Source of the DNA: Candidatus Woesearchaeota archaeon
Lineage (GTDB): Archaea > Nanobdellota > Nanobdellia > Pacearchaeales > GW2011-AR1
Length of the DNA: 64,000 bases
Direction: 5' to 3'
Assembly: GCA_964358765.1 (NCBI GenBank)
Contig: CAYHPN010000001.1
Location: forward strand, 27,182-91,181
Part shown: positions 50,735 through 60,316 of the stretch, piece by piece
Layout: each line of letters begins with the position of its first letter
Position numbering within the stretch: the stretch's first letter is position 1
The notes under the pieces: model-generated
Told to the model about the DNA's origin: nothing
Database searches by the model: none
The model's input: only the letters and a program-made list of their open reading frames with translations
Position numbers and translations under genes: made by a program

Positions 50735-51319
50735 TTAATATTCAATTCCCTTTCTGGCTAATATGCCAACATCGTAAGGATGTTTTATTTTCTTTATTTC
50801 GGTAACAAGATCTGCATGCTCAAAGAGAGCTGGAAACGGAATATGTGAACCTGTAAGAATGAGTTCTTTGGTTTTGGGTTTAGATTTTATGAATTCAATT
50901 ACTTGTGATTCTTCTAAGAGATTCATTTGGACTGCATAAAGAATTTCGTCTGCTATAATTATATCATAATCTTGGTTTAGACAGGACTTTAAGTAGTTGA
51001 ATGCCTCTTCTACATTTGCCTTATGGTTTTCATGATTCTTATTTTTTACATACCAATCTCCAAGACCAAATCGCTTAAACGAAAAACTATTGAATTTTGA
51101 TAAAGATTTGATTTCTCCTGGAATTTGATCTTCTAAAGTAGAAGCTCCATTTTTCATGAACTGGACCAAATGTACACGATAGTTATTTCCGCATGCCCTT
51201 AGGGCTGTGCCTAAGGCAGAAGTTGTTTTTCCTTTTCCTGTGCCATAGAATATTTGTACAAGGCCGGGACCCACTGGTCCTTTGGTTGGTGGAAAGCTGA
51301 ATTTATGTTCTTGAGACAT
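50735..51319 (-). CDS. cobO: Cob(I)yrinic acid a,c-diamide (corrinoid) adenosyltransferase, CobA/CobO/BtuR type
   Basis: FYGTGKGKTTSALGTALRACGNNYRVHLVQFMK matches the pattern GxGKGKTTAAxGxxxRAxGxGxxVxxxQFxK, and DIIIADEILYA is also present. Confidence 0.75.
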   Translation of the reverse strand: MSQEHKFSFPPTKGPVGPGLVQIFYGTGKGKTTSALGTALRACGNNYRVHLVQFMKNGASTLEDQIPGEIKSLSKFNSFSFKRFGLGDWYVKNKNHENHKANVEEAFNYLKSCLNQDYDIIIADEILYAVQMNLLEESQVIEFIKSKPKTKELILTGSHIPFPALFEHADLVTEIKKIKHPYDVGILARKGIEY

Positions 51320-51451
51320 TCATATTTGAAATATAATATAATTATAGACTTTTCTATAGTAAAAGCATTTAAATATAATTGATTATTTAAAGTAATACAA
51401 AATAATATTAATTAAGATTAAATATTATTAAGTAACATAAAGTAATACAAA

Positions 51452-51601
51452 ATGAAAATAAGAATTTCCGCTACCATAGAAGAGGAAACTGATAAAATTC
51501 TAGATTCGTTGTTAAAAGATGGAGACTATAGAAACAAATCACATATCATTGAAAAAGCAATACAATTTTTAAAAGAGGCTAAAAATGTTAAAAAAAAATA
51601 A
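51452..51601 (+). CDS. Ribbon-helix-helix (CopG-like) small protein, 49 aa, below the ORF-track cutoff
   Basis: The translation is MKIRISATIEEETDKILDSLLKDGDYRNKSHIIEKAIQFLKEAKNVKKK, with a beta-strand then helix-helix pattern. It overlaps the next gene's ATG at 51585. Confidence 0.4.
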   Translation: MKIRISATIEEETDKILDSLLKDGDYRNKSHIIEKAIQFLKEAKNVKKK

Positions 51602-52367
51602 AAGAGGACAATTAGCAATTTGGGTAATACTTGGCGTAGTTGTAATCGCCTTTGTAATATTGATACTCTTACTCAATAAAGAGGGAAACCCCATAATTCC
51701 TGGAAGAAGCGAGGGAAGATACAATGTGGAATCTTACTTAAAGAGCTGCTTGTATAGAGATATTGAAGATGTTACTAGTAAAATGATTCCCCAGGGGGGG
51801 CTTTTGAATTTAAGAAGCATGGTCTTTTTCAATAACACAAACATTGAGTATATGTGTTATTATCAAGGATATTGGGATCCTTGCATAAATCAACACCCTG
51901 CACTTATACAAGAGATAAAAAAAGATATATTGAGTTATGCAACTCCAAAATTAAAATTGTGCATGGAAAGAATGAAAGAGGATTATAAGAGTCAAAATAT
52001 TAAAGTTGATCTTGATAATAATGAACCTGTGGTTAAAATAGATTTTTCTGATGATATAATAAAGATAGAATTAAATAAAAAAATGACTATTAAAAATAAT
52101 GGAGAAACTAAAACTTATGAAAATTTTGATTTCACTTTTAACTCTCCAATATATAATTTAGCAAATATTGCAATTGAAATTGCGGATCAGGAAGCAAAAT
52201 ATTGTTATTTTGAATATGTTGGATACAGTATAATTTATCCCCGTTATCAAATTTCTTTATTCACAATGTCTGATTCTAGCAGAATTTACACAATTAGAGA
52301 TTCAAAGAGCAAGAAAGAAATGAATATTGCAATAAGAGGTTGTGCATTGCCTCAGGGACTAGGATAA
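51585..52367 (+). CDS. Secreted or pilin-like protein with an archaeal class III (prepilin-type) signal peptide
   Basis: The N-terminus MLKKNKRGQ/LAIWVILGVVVIAFVILILLL has basic residues, then G-Q, then a hydrophobic stretch. Several Cys residues follow. Its stop lies 1 nt before the giant gene. Confidence 0.5.
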   Translation: MLKKNKRGQLAIWVILGVVVIAFVILILLLNKEGNPIIPGRSEGRYNVESYLKSCLYRDIEDVTSKMIPQGGLLNLRSMVFFNNTNIEYMCYYQGYWDPCINQHPALIQEIKKDILSYATPKLKLCMERMKEDYKSQNIKVDLDNNEPVVKIDFSDDIIKIELNKKMTIKNNGETKTYENFDFTFNSPIYNLANIAIEIADQEAKYCYFEYVGYSIIYPRYQISLFTMSDSSRIYTIRDSKSKKEMNIAIRGCALPQGLG

Positions 52368-52368
52368 A

Positions 52369-55300
52369 ATGAAAAGGGAAAAAAATATATTAAAAATAGA
52401 AGCAATCATACAGATTGTTTTATTAATAACTGCAATGTTTGCATTTTCTTATTTTATTGAAAGAATTTTTGATTTAAGTTCTGGAATTGGAATTGTGAGT
52501 GCGCAAGGAACAAGCGGAACACAAACAGCTGGGCTTACAAATGAAGAATTGACAACGTTAAGGCAAGGACTTGCAAATTATCCTGGGACAAATCAGGAAC
52601 TTAACAATACTTTAATTGATTTAGAAAGAAATGGATATTTATCAAGAAGCGATTTTACGAATGCCGAAATTGTTTCAAGAGCAATTAATGATTCATACAA
52701 CGATTATAATTCTGATATAGATTCTGGAAATACTGCAAATACTTGGCACAATCCATTTTCAACTTTAATACAAAGTTTTATTGGAAATGCGGAGATTAGC
52801 GGAGGAGACATACAACTAGGTTTATATGATTCAACTGGAGGGCTCAAAATGTGCGCTCAAACAAAAAACGGAAGATTATGCCAACCTTTTGCATCAAACA
52901 TATGCAATGATAATTGCAAAGAAAATTGCATTGATGTCGAACTGACAACTGATGTTCTTCCAGATGATAATGAATGTAAATTAGGATTATGTTATGATAG
53001 TGATGAAGGAAGTTGTGAGAGCAGGTCCCCTAAAACTGCCTGTGTTGAAAATAATGGGGACTGGTATAAAACAGGAGATGCTACAGGAGAAGGTCTTTGC
53101 AGACGAGGATGCTGTATAATAAATGATCAGGCATTATTTTTAACTAACAAACAATGTGAAAAAAGAAGTGCAAGTTTAGGTTTTGAACTAGGAGGAGATA
53201 ATGCAATATTTAATTCTGATATTAATGAGGAACCTGCTTGTATTGCCGAGGCGTATAACAGAAGAAACGCAAATTTAGACGGAGCATGCACTTTCCCACA
53301 CGAAGATGGAGGAAAACTAGATTGCAAATTCGTAAAGGGAGATGAGTGCTCAGACATTGGAGGGATATTTAATGCAGGAAAATTATGCTCAAATTCTGAA
53401 TTAAATACTAGATGTACAAAATCAAATTCAACAAATTGTGTAGAGGGACTAGATGAGATATACTGGATTGATTCATGTGGAAATAGAGAAAATATTTATG
53501 AGGGAAGCGATCAAGATAAAAAAGATTTAAGTTGGTTTAACGGACTAGTAAAAGCGAAAAATGAAAGCTGTATTCTTTCTTCTGGAGGAAATAATATTGC
53601 AAATCAAGGAACATGCGGAAACTGTGATAGATTTAGAGGAAGTATATGTAGTAATAAAACCATGGAGCCGATTGTGCAAAAATTAAATGATGATGATCAA
53701 AATTTTGTTTGTTTAGACATGGGATGTTATGATGATAATGGAAAAAGAATAAGAGAACATGGAGAGAGCTGGTGTGCGTATCAGAGTAAAATTGGAATAA
53801 ATGGATTGCTTGGTGAACAAAATAATAATATGGTTGTTACCAGTTTAATGAATATAGCAATCCCACAAATAGGGGGAGGAATACTTGGAGGAGACAGAGC
53901 AGTTGACACTCCTGGGAGCAGCCATTTTAGAGCAACATGTCTAAATGGAAAAATCCAAACTAGTGCTTGCGAAACTGGAAGGAGAGAAATTTGTGTTGAA
54001 TCAAGATCTGAAATATCGGGAAGTGATAAAGAATTTTCTCAGGCTGTTTGCAGAAAAAATAGAGCAATGGAATGCTTCCAATATAATCCAGGAAAGACAG
54101 AGAGTCAAGCAATAGGTTTAGCAGGACCACAGAAAGCATGGAAAATATTAAGGACGAAATTGCAATTAACTTGTGGTTTAGATCCAGATTGTTTTGTACT
54201 TGACGTAAATTTAGCTTCTGGCAAAGATGATACTTTTAAATTTTCTTATTGTGCGCCTAGATATAAATTAGGATTTGATTTAGAAAATTCAGAAAGTGGA
54301 AAGCAATTCTGTTCGCAGGCATCTCAAAAATGCACTGCAGTATTTGTAAAGGGCATAGGAGGATGGGAATGCAAGGCAAATTGTGATTGTGTAGAAGGAA
54401 GCGATCCATCAAGCGCTAAACCTTCACAAAAATTCGTAAAAGAAATGGGGAGATTCTGCTCAAGTTTAGGAGATTGCGGTTCTCAGGTCAGTTACACTGG
54501 AAAATTTCCTGGAGGAAAAGGATATTCTGTAACCATGGGCAAAGATCCACTTAAGCAATTACTACAATTTGGAAGTTCATTTAGTTTTTCAGATATGCTT
54601 GGAATGAATTCAATGTTGACAATTGGCGATGACATTCCTCGAAGAGGAGAATATATTCCTGCAAATGATACAAAACCTGGAGGGATGCTAGAGGGAGGAT
54701 TTAATAATTTCTTAAAAGATCAGGGAATACTTGGAATTTTTTCAATGATAGATTCACAATTAAATAATTTAATGAGTCAAGGAGGTGGGGGAAATTATGG
54801 CGTGCCTGATATTTCTGGAGTTGGTTCCCAGCAGTCGTCTTTGATTGCTCCTGGATTAGTTGCAGGAGGTGCAGGTGGAGCAATGCTGGGATATGGTTAT
54901 TTGACAAGTGGATTAACAGCTGAAACAACAACAATTGTAACGGGAACAATTGTAGAATCTGGTGTGGCTGGAGAAACTGCAGCTACTGTAGCCGTTACTG
55001 AAACTACTGCGACTTCTCTTGCAGGCTTTGGAGGAGCATTATTTGGCGCGGGAATTGGGGCAGCGACTGTTGGATTTTTAATAAAAATGCTTGGAATTGG
55101 CCCTGGACTGAGTCCAGGAGTTGCTTATGCAATGATGGGAACAGGAGCAATAGGCGGAGCAGTTGTGGGATATCAAGCATTTACTGGGGGTAGCGCAGCA
55201 ATTGCAGCAAATCCTATTGGAGTTATTTTATTTGTTGCAGTAATTGCGATATTAATAATATTCAAATTTATGGGAGTTGGAGAAGTGGAAGAAGTGGAAG

Positions 55301-56856
55301 TAAACTTTGAATGCAAACAATGGGAACCTCCTAGGAATGTGGATGCTAGTGATTGCAGATCGTGCGGAAATGATGATTTAAGTGATGGACAAAATAGTTT
55401 CCCATGTAATAAATATTCCTGCCAGGCTCTTGGGCAAGATTGCCAGTTTATAGAAGGAAGTGAGATACCTGGGAAGGGAGGAATATGCGAATATGCTCCG
55501 CAAAGTGATACTCAAGCGCCATTAATAACTGGACTTAGAGAAGAAATATTATCTGAGAATTTTGAATATGATAATGTTGACTTAAATGGCGAGAGAATAT
55601 TTGAAGTAAGAAAAACTGGCGAAGAGTGCTTGGATCAATTTGAAAGCGTTACTTTTGGATTTAATACAAATGAATATGCAACTAAATGCGCAATAAGTGG
55701 AAGTCCTAGAGAAAACACAGATATGATGGTTGCACTAAGTTCTGGACTAAATCATAGCTATACATTTAATTCAAGAAATTTAGATGCTTTAGGAGTTGTT
55801 GGACTAAAAGAAGAAGAAAGAAATGACTTTCAACTCTATTTAGTATGCCAGGATATAAGAGGAAATAATAATATTGCAAATGAATATATTGTAAAGATGT
55901 GCGTCATACCTAGAGATTTGACTCCAACTTTAGTTTTGAATGGTGATGAGTTAAATGATTTATTAATTGCAAATAATGCCAGAAATAAAACTGTGTCAAT
56001 TAATTTGAATGAACCTAGTGAGTGCAGATGGGATTATGCAGAGAAAACTTTTGACGAAATGGAAAATAATATGCAGTGCAATAGTAATATATTGCAATGC
56101 AGTACACTAATTCCTTTTGAAGAAGATGAAAAACAAATATGCATAAAATGCAGAGATCATCCAGAGTGGCAGGGAACTGAAAGAGAAAACGAAAGAAATG
56201 AAAATACTCAGTGTGTTGATGCATCCTTAATAAGAACAAATGCGTTAGAAATTACATCAATAACTCCAAATAATGAAACAATAAAGAAAGGAGCTAGCGA
56301 TTCTTCAATTGAGATTGTTGTAAACACTGCAGGAGGAGCCAATTATGGAGAAGCAGATTGCTATTATGATTTGGATAACTCTGGAAGGATATTATTTATG
56401 GAAACAGGAAATAGAGAAGAGCATAAACAAAATATTGGAGCAGGAACTTCAAGACTAGATGAAGGAAACCATAATTTGAAAGTATCATGCCAAGATAACG
56501 TAGGTAATAAAGCAGAAATTGAAACTACATTTAAATTAGATATTGATATGGTTGCTCCAAAAGTAGCAAGAATTTATGCCCAAGGCAATAGCTTAAATTT
56601 GATTGTAGACGAATCTGCTAATTGCGCATTTGTAAATAGTAAGCCAACGAATTCTAGTATATGCGAGTTTGATGTTAAAAAATGCTCTGAGATTAATGGA
56701 TGTGGAGAAATGAGTATTGATTTTACAAATGAAAATTATACAAAGTTTAGCGCCCCTTTTGATATTGGCAAAACATATTATATAAGATGCGTTGATGAGT
56801 ATGGAAACCAGCCTAGCCAATGCAATGCTAAAGTTATCAAAGGAATTTTTGTTTAA
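52369..56856 (+). CDS. Giant (1495 aa) Cys-rich surface/membrane protein. It has an N-terminal anchor, a Cys-rich ectodomain, an internal Gly/Ala/Thr-rich 4-TM bundle and a C-terminal region with three CxDxxGN beta-sandwich-like repeats.
   Basis: The N-terminal anchor is IEAIIQIVLLITAMFAFSYFI. The ectodomain carries dozens of Cys residues (aa ~165-700). The hydrophobic Gly-rich block at aa ~800-965 (nt ~54780-55270) has four helix-length segments. The C-terminal repeats end in YLVCQDIRGNNN, LKVSCQDNVGNKA and YIRCVDEYGNQP, which is HYR/Ig-like. Confidence 0.7.
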   Translation: MKREKNILKIEAIIQIVLLITAMFAFSYFIERIFDLSSGIGIVSAQGTSGTQTAGLTNEELTTLRQGLANYPGTNQELNNTLIDLERNGYLSRSDFTNAEIVSRAINDSYNDYNSDIDSGNTANTWHNPFSTLIQSFIGNAEISGGDIQLGLYDSTGGLKMCAQTKNGRLCQPFASNICNDNCKENCIDVELTTDVLPDDNECKLGLCYDSDEGSCESRSPKTACVENNGDWYKTGDATGEGLCRRGCCIINDQALFLTNKQCEKRSASLGFELGGDNAIFNSDINEEPACIAEAYNRRNANLDGACTFPHEDGGKLDCKFVKGDECSDIGGIFNAGKLCSNSELNTRCTKSNSTNCVEGLDEIYWIDSCGNRENIYEGSDQDKKDLSWFNGLVKAKNESCILSSGGNNIANQGTCGNCDRFRGSICSNKTMEPIVQKLNDDDQNFVCLDMGCYDDNGKRIREHGESWCAYQSKIGINGLLGEQNNNMVVTSLMNIAIPQIGGGILGGDRAVDTPGSSHFRATCLNGKIQTSACETGRREICVESRSEISGSDKEFSQAVCRKNRAMECFQYNPGKTESQAIGLAGPQKAWKILRTKLQLTCGLDPDCFVLDVNLASGKDDTFKFSYCAPRYKLGFDLENSESGKQFCSQASQKCTAVFVKGIGGWECKANCDCVEGSDPSSAKPSQKFVKEMGRFCSSLGDCGSQVSYTGKFPGGKGYSVTMGKDPLKQLLQFGSSFSFSDMLGMNSMLTIGDDIPRRGEYIPANDTKPGGMLEGGFNNFLKDQGILGIFSMIDSQLNNLMSQGGGGNYGVPDISGVGSQQSSLIAPGLVAGGAGGAMLGYGYLTSGLTAETTTIVTGTIVESGVAGETAATVAVTETTATSLAGFGGALFGAGIGAATVGFLIKMLGIGPGLSPGVAYAMMGTGAIGGAVVGYQAFTGGSAAIAANPIGVILFVAVIAILIIFKFMGVGEVEEVEVNFECKQWEPPRNVDASDCRSCGNDDLSDGQNSFPCNKYSCQALGQDCQFIEGSEIPGKGGICEYAPQSDTQAPLITGLREEILSENFEYDNVDLNGERIFEVRKTGEECLDQFESVTFGFNTNEYATKCAISGSPRENTDMMVALSSGLNHSYTFNSRNLDALGVVGLKEEERNDFQLYLVCQDIRGNNNIANEYIVKMCVIPRDLTPTLVLNGDELNDLLIANNARNKTVSINLNEPSECRWDYAEKTFDEMENNMQCNSNILQCSTLIPFEEDEKQICIKCRDHPEWQGTERENERNENTQCVDASLIRTNALEITSITPNNETIKKGASDSSIEIVVNTAGGANYGEADCYYDLDNSGRILFMETGNREEHKQNIGAGTSRLDEGNHNLKVSCQDNVGNKAEIETTFKLDIDMVAPKVARIYAQGNSLNLIVDESANCAFVNSKPTNSSICEFDVKKCSEINGCGEMSIDFTNENYTKFSAPFDIGKTYYIRCVDEYGNQPSQCNAKVIKGIFV

Positions 56857-57611
56857 AGTTTGAATTTAATATAATGTTTTAATAAAATAAAAATGGTGAT
56901 AAATAATAAAATTAAACTAAGCCACTGCCCAGCTGAAAGATATAAATAAGAAACATCGTCTCTTAAAAAATCAAGAAGGAATCTGCCTAGGGAAATGAAA
57001 AATAAGAATAGATAAAAAATAAAACCTTCTTTATATTTATTTGATTTTATTTTTAAGAGGAAAAATAATAACGCAAATCTCCCAATTGCTGAATAAAGTT
57101 GAATTGGGTATCTGCAACCTTGGATATCTGGAAAATTAATGCATATTGATGAAGTTGTGGTTTTTCCTAGGATTTCTGCATTTATTAAATTAGCAATTCT
57201 TCCTAATACTAAAAATAATGCAGCAGGCAAGATTATTACATCTGCTAAGCGCAAGAAATTAATTTTATTTTTTTTACAATAAAATAAAGAGAAAACTATT
57301 GCTCCAGCTAGACCTCCATGAAAACTTAATCCTCCGTTCCAAATGGATAATAATTCGTTTAAATGAACGGAAAAATAATCCAGATCCCAAAATACAAAGT
57401 GAAATATTCTTGCCCCGATTAAAATGGATATAAACAATAAAATAACGTAATTATAGACTTGTTCTTTTGATAGAGGAATTTCTTTATCCTTAGACGCTTT
57501 TAGAAGCACAAATAAAAGAGTGAGGAAACCTAAGATATAAACGAGAGAATAATAAGTGAGCTGTATAACTCCTATATGGAAGATAATTGGATTAATGTTT
57601 AATGTGAACAT
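56853..57611 (-). CDS. lgt: Prolipoprotein diacylglyceryl transferase (Lgt), bacterial type
   Basis: IWNGGLSFHGGLAGAIVF matches the Lgt signature GGLxxHGG. LVLGRIANLINAEILGKTT matches GRxxNFxNxExxG. It has seven TM helices and is 252 aa. Confidence 0.8.
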   Translation of the reverse strand: MFTLNINPIIFHIGVIQLTYYSLVYILGFLTLLFVLLKASKDKEIPLSKEQVYNYVILLFISILIGARIFHFVFWDLDYFSVHLNELLSIWNGGLSFHGGLAGAIVFSLFYCKKNKINFLRLADVIILPAALFLVLGRIANLINAEILGKTTTSSICINFPDIQGCRYPIQLYSAIGRFALLFFLLKIKSNKYKEGFIFYLFLFFISLGRFLLDFLRDDVSYLYLSAGQWLSLILLFITIFILLKHYIKFKL

Positions 57612-57694
57612 TCAACTAAGAGAAAATTGAATATTATAAAGATATATTAAAATCGGATACAAAGATTTATAAATATGTAAGTACATGTAAGTAC

Positions 57695-57892
57695 ATGAGT
57701 GATAGAAAGCGAATGAAGAAACTAAGAAAGAAAAGAATAGCGTCTGTTGAGAAACAGGTTGAGAAGCACGAAGATAAAATCAAGAATGAAAAGGGTAGAA
57801 AAGACACCACTAAAGACTATTGGAGAAAAGAAATTGATGAGAAATTCTTAAAACAAATTGATGAAGATGAAGAATATCTGGAGGATAAATAA
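57695..57892 (+). CDS. Small highly charged coiled-coil protein
   Basis: It is 65 aa and K/E/R/D-rich. A TATA-like gatttataaatat lies about 25-30 nt upstream. Its stop abuts the next gene. Confidence 0.35.
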   Translation: MSDRKRMKKLRKKRIASVEKQVEKHEDKIKNEKGRKDTTKDYWRKEIDEKFLKQIDEDEEYLEDK

Positions 57893-58672
57893 ATGGAAAT
57901 CCAAATAAAAAGAGCTGTAAAGGCGGGAAACTCTTCTGCAGTAATATTGCCACGATCTTGGCTTGATAAAGAGGTAAGAGTAGAACTAGTAAAAAAAACT
58001 CAAGAAATTATTTTATTTGATGTACTAAAGATTATAAAAAAATATATTGAAATTGACGGCATTATAGGAATCTATCTTGCTGGAAGCTATGCAAGGGGAG
58101 AAGAAGACGAAAATAGCGATATAGATATTTTAGTTATAACAAAAGAAAGAGATAGAGAGATAATTATAGAAGAAAATTATAATATATTAGTTATTTCAGA
58201 AGAATTATTAAAACAGAAACTGCAATTGGATTTATTTCCAATAGGGTCAATGATTAAAGAAGCTAGGCCTTTATTGAATGCCTATTACTTGAATAATTTG
58301 GAAGTAAAAATCACAAAGAAAAACGTTGATTGGTATATTAAGACTACAGAAGAAAAATTGAAATTAATTGAAAAAATCTTAATTAGATTTAAAAGCAAAA
58401 AATTAAGTGATAGGATTGCTTATACTCTTGTTTTAAGACTTAGAACTCTTTACATAATTGAAAAATTAATGAAAAATAAAGATTATCATAAAAAAGATTT
58501 TCTAGAAATAATAAGGAAAGCTTCTGGAGGAGAAAATGCTTATCAAAGTTATATTAGGGTAAAGAATAATGAAAAAGATAAACAGACTACAAATATTAAT
58601 GAAATTAGAGGATTGTATTTATCTCTTAAAGATAGGCTTGAGAAGATAAAAAAGGAATTGAAAGAATATTAG
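57893..58672 (+). CDS. AbrB/SpoVT-domain plus nucleotidyltransferase (MNT-like) fusion protein
   Basis: The AbrB motif is IQIKRAVKAGNSSAVILPRSWLDKEVRVELV. The Pol-beta-type NTase motif GS...DxD appears in IYLAGSYARGEEDENSDIDILVI. Confidence 0.6.
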   Translation: MEIQIKRAVKAGNSSAVILPRSWLDKEVRVELVKKTQEIILFDVLKIIKKYIEIDGIIGIYLAGSYARGEEDENSDIDILVITKERDREIIIEENYNILVISEELLKQKLQLDLFPIGSMIKEARPLLNAYYLNNLEVKITKKNVDWYIKTTEEKLKLIEKILIRFKSKKLSDRIAYTLVLRLRTLYIIEKLMKNKDYHKKDFLEIIRKASGGENAYQSYIRVKNNEKDKQTTNINEIRGLYLSLKDRLEKIKKELKEY

Positions 58673-58728
58673 ACTAATATTGTTAATATTAAATTAAAAA
58701 AATGTTCGATGATATCGATATTAATAAA

Positions 58729-59844
58729 TTATGCTGCCCTCAATTTCTTTGAATCGTGATACTTAATAATTTCTCTTTGTAAACCTTGTAAACCTCCAAT
58801 TCCCCTAAAAATCCATTGTCTAGGAGTACATGCTACTCTTACTCCATTTGTTTGGTAATCATTTCCTTCTATAACTACTCTTCCTACATTATATCCTTTA
58901 TCGTGTAAGTAATCCCGCAGTTGTTCAGTTTCTTGCCTTGATTCTGTTTTTATTGGAACTATAATTGTTGCAGGATTTCTTATTAAAGGAATATTATGTT
59001 CTGTTAAACGTTCTGTAAATCGAGAAGCTTGTTGGACACATTCGTCCGCAAGCTCACTCATCCCATTTTTAAGTCCAATATCTTGTACAGACTTGTACCA
59101 AACTGCAATTGGACTTGCATCTAGAGTAGAGTATCGTGTAAATTTTGAATGACTATAATAGGGTATGTCTTTAGAATTTAATTTTTGTTGTGGAGCAAGG
59201 AGAAGCGCTGAACCTGAAGCTCCTAAAAATTTATAGGGATCTATAGTAACTGAGTCAGATTCCATAATTGGAGATTTTCTTAAATAAGAAACTTGAGTTA
59301 ATACTCCTCCAAATGCTGCATCAATATGCAACCATGTTCCTTTTTCTCTTAATTCTTTAACGATTCTAAATTTTTCAATATTTTCCACATTTCCTAATTG
59401 AGTTGTTCCATGAGTTGAAACGATTGCTGCAATATCTCCTTCTTTACCGCTTATTGCTTGCAATAATTCTTTTTCTTCCACTTGATAATTATTAAAAGGA
59501 TCTGCATCTACAACTATTGTATCTAGACCAAGTTTATCACAAGCTTCTTTTATTGAAATATGAGTTAAATTGCTACAAACTACCTTGGATCTTTGCGTTG
59601 AATCTCTTGCTAATTGCAAAGCCCTTTCGTTTGCTAGCCAGGCAGAAGGTTCAATAATTCCTGAGAAATTCGGTGCACCAATAAGGTTTGTATGAAAATT
59701 GATAAAATATTCTGCGAGCTGTTGAGCCTGAGTATCTCTTGCATTTGCTATATTAACATTTCTCCATCCATTAGCAAAATCTAATGCACTTTGAGTGGTA
59801 GTTCCGATAAGTGTTTCAAAATCTACTGTTTTTTGTTTAGCCAT
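58729..59844 (-). CDS. PLP-dependent group II decarboxylase (MfnA / aspartate-tyrosine decarboxylase-like)
   Basis: WLHIDAAFGG and SVTIDPYKFLGASG (PLP lysine) match the group II pattern HVDAAxGG and SxxxxxHK. The residue before the Lys is Tyr here rather than His. It is 371 aa. Confidence 0.6.
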   Translation of the reverse strand: MAKQKTVDFETLIGTTTQSALDFANGWRNVNIANARDTQAQQLAEYFINFHTNLIGAPNFSGIIEPSAWLANERALQLARDSTQRSKVVCSNLTHISIKEACDKLGLDTIVVDADPFNNYQVEEKELLQAISGKEGDIAAIVSTHGTTQLGNVENIEKFRIVKELREKGTWLHIDAAFGGVLTQVSYLRKSPIMESDSVTIDPYKFLGASGSALLLAPQQKLNSKDIPYYSHSKFTRYSTLDASPIAVWYKSVQDIGLKNGMSELADECVQQASRFTERLTEHNIPLIRNPATIIVPIKTESRQETEQLRDYLHDKGYNVGRVVIEGNDYQTNGVRVACTPRQWIFRGIGGLQGLQREIIKYHDSKKLRAA

Positions 59845-59867
59845 AGTTTCATATAAATAAAGATAAT

Positions 59868-60161
59868 TTATCTGTTGCCAATTCTTTGAGATAAATATTT
59901 TACAGTTTGTGCAATATTTCCATCTATTAAATTCTCTGCATCTTCATCCGAAATATGTAAATCGTAAGCATCTTCAATTTTTATTATTGCACTAATAGCA
60001 TAAATACCTCTACAACCGCCTTCATATTTATCACAAAATGCTCCTATTGTAGGTGAATTTAATACTTCTTGCACATCTATTTCTTTTCTTAAAAAGCCGC
60101 CTACTGAATTAGTTACCAATCGGGCAATACCGTCCTTAGTTATTTCTCTTGTTTGTGTCAT
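59868..60161 (-). CDS. Hypothetical protein (97 aa) upstream of the decarboxylase
   Basis: The ORF lies 23 nt upstream of the decarboxylase start on the same strand. I recognised no family. Confidence 0.35.
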   Translation of the reverse strand: MTQTREITKDGIARLVTNSVGGFLRKEIDVQEVLNSPTIGAFCDKYEGGCRGIYAISAIIKIEDAYDLHISDEDAENLIDGNIAQTVKYLSQRIGNR

Positions 60162-60316
60162 TTTACGTCTCCTCCTTTCACTGCTCTTTCTTGATATTGA
60201 TTTGTGTTTTTCATATATTTGACAGAAAGTAGAAGTATTTAAATCTTTCCATCTGTCACTACTAGTACATTACTACAAAACGAAAGATTTATATAGTAGT
60301 TCTGACTATATAATAT

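Noticed and set aside
57674-57697. A tandem duplication, atgtaagtac atgtaagtac, directly at the start codon of the 57695 gene.
   Set aside because: It has only two 10-nt units and no evident consequence beyond offering two in-phase-shifted ATGs. It is probably a chance or slippage duplicate, so I have not reported it as a finding.
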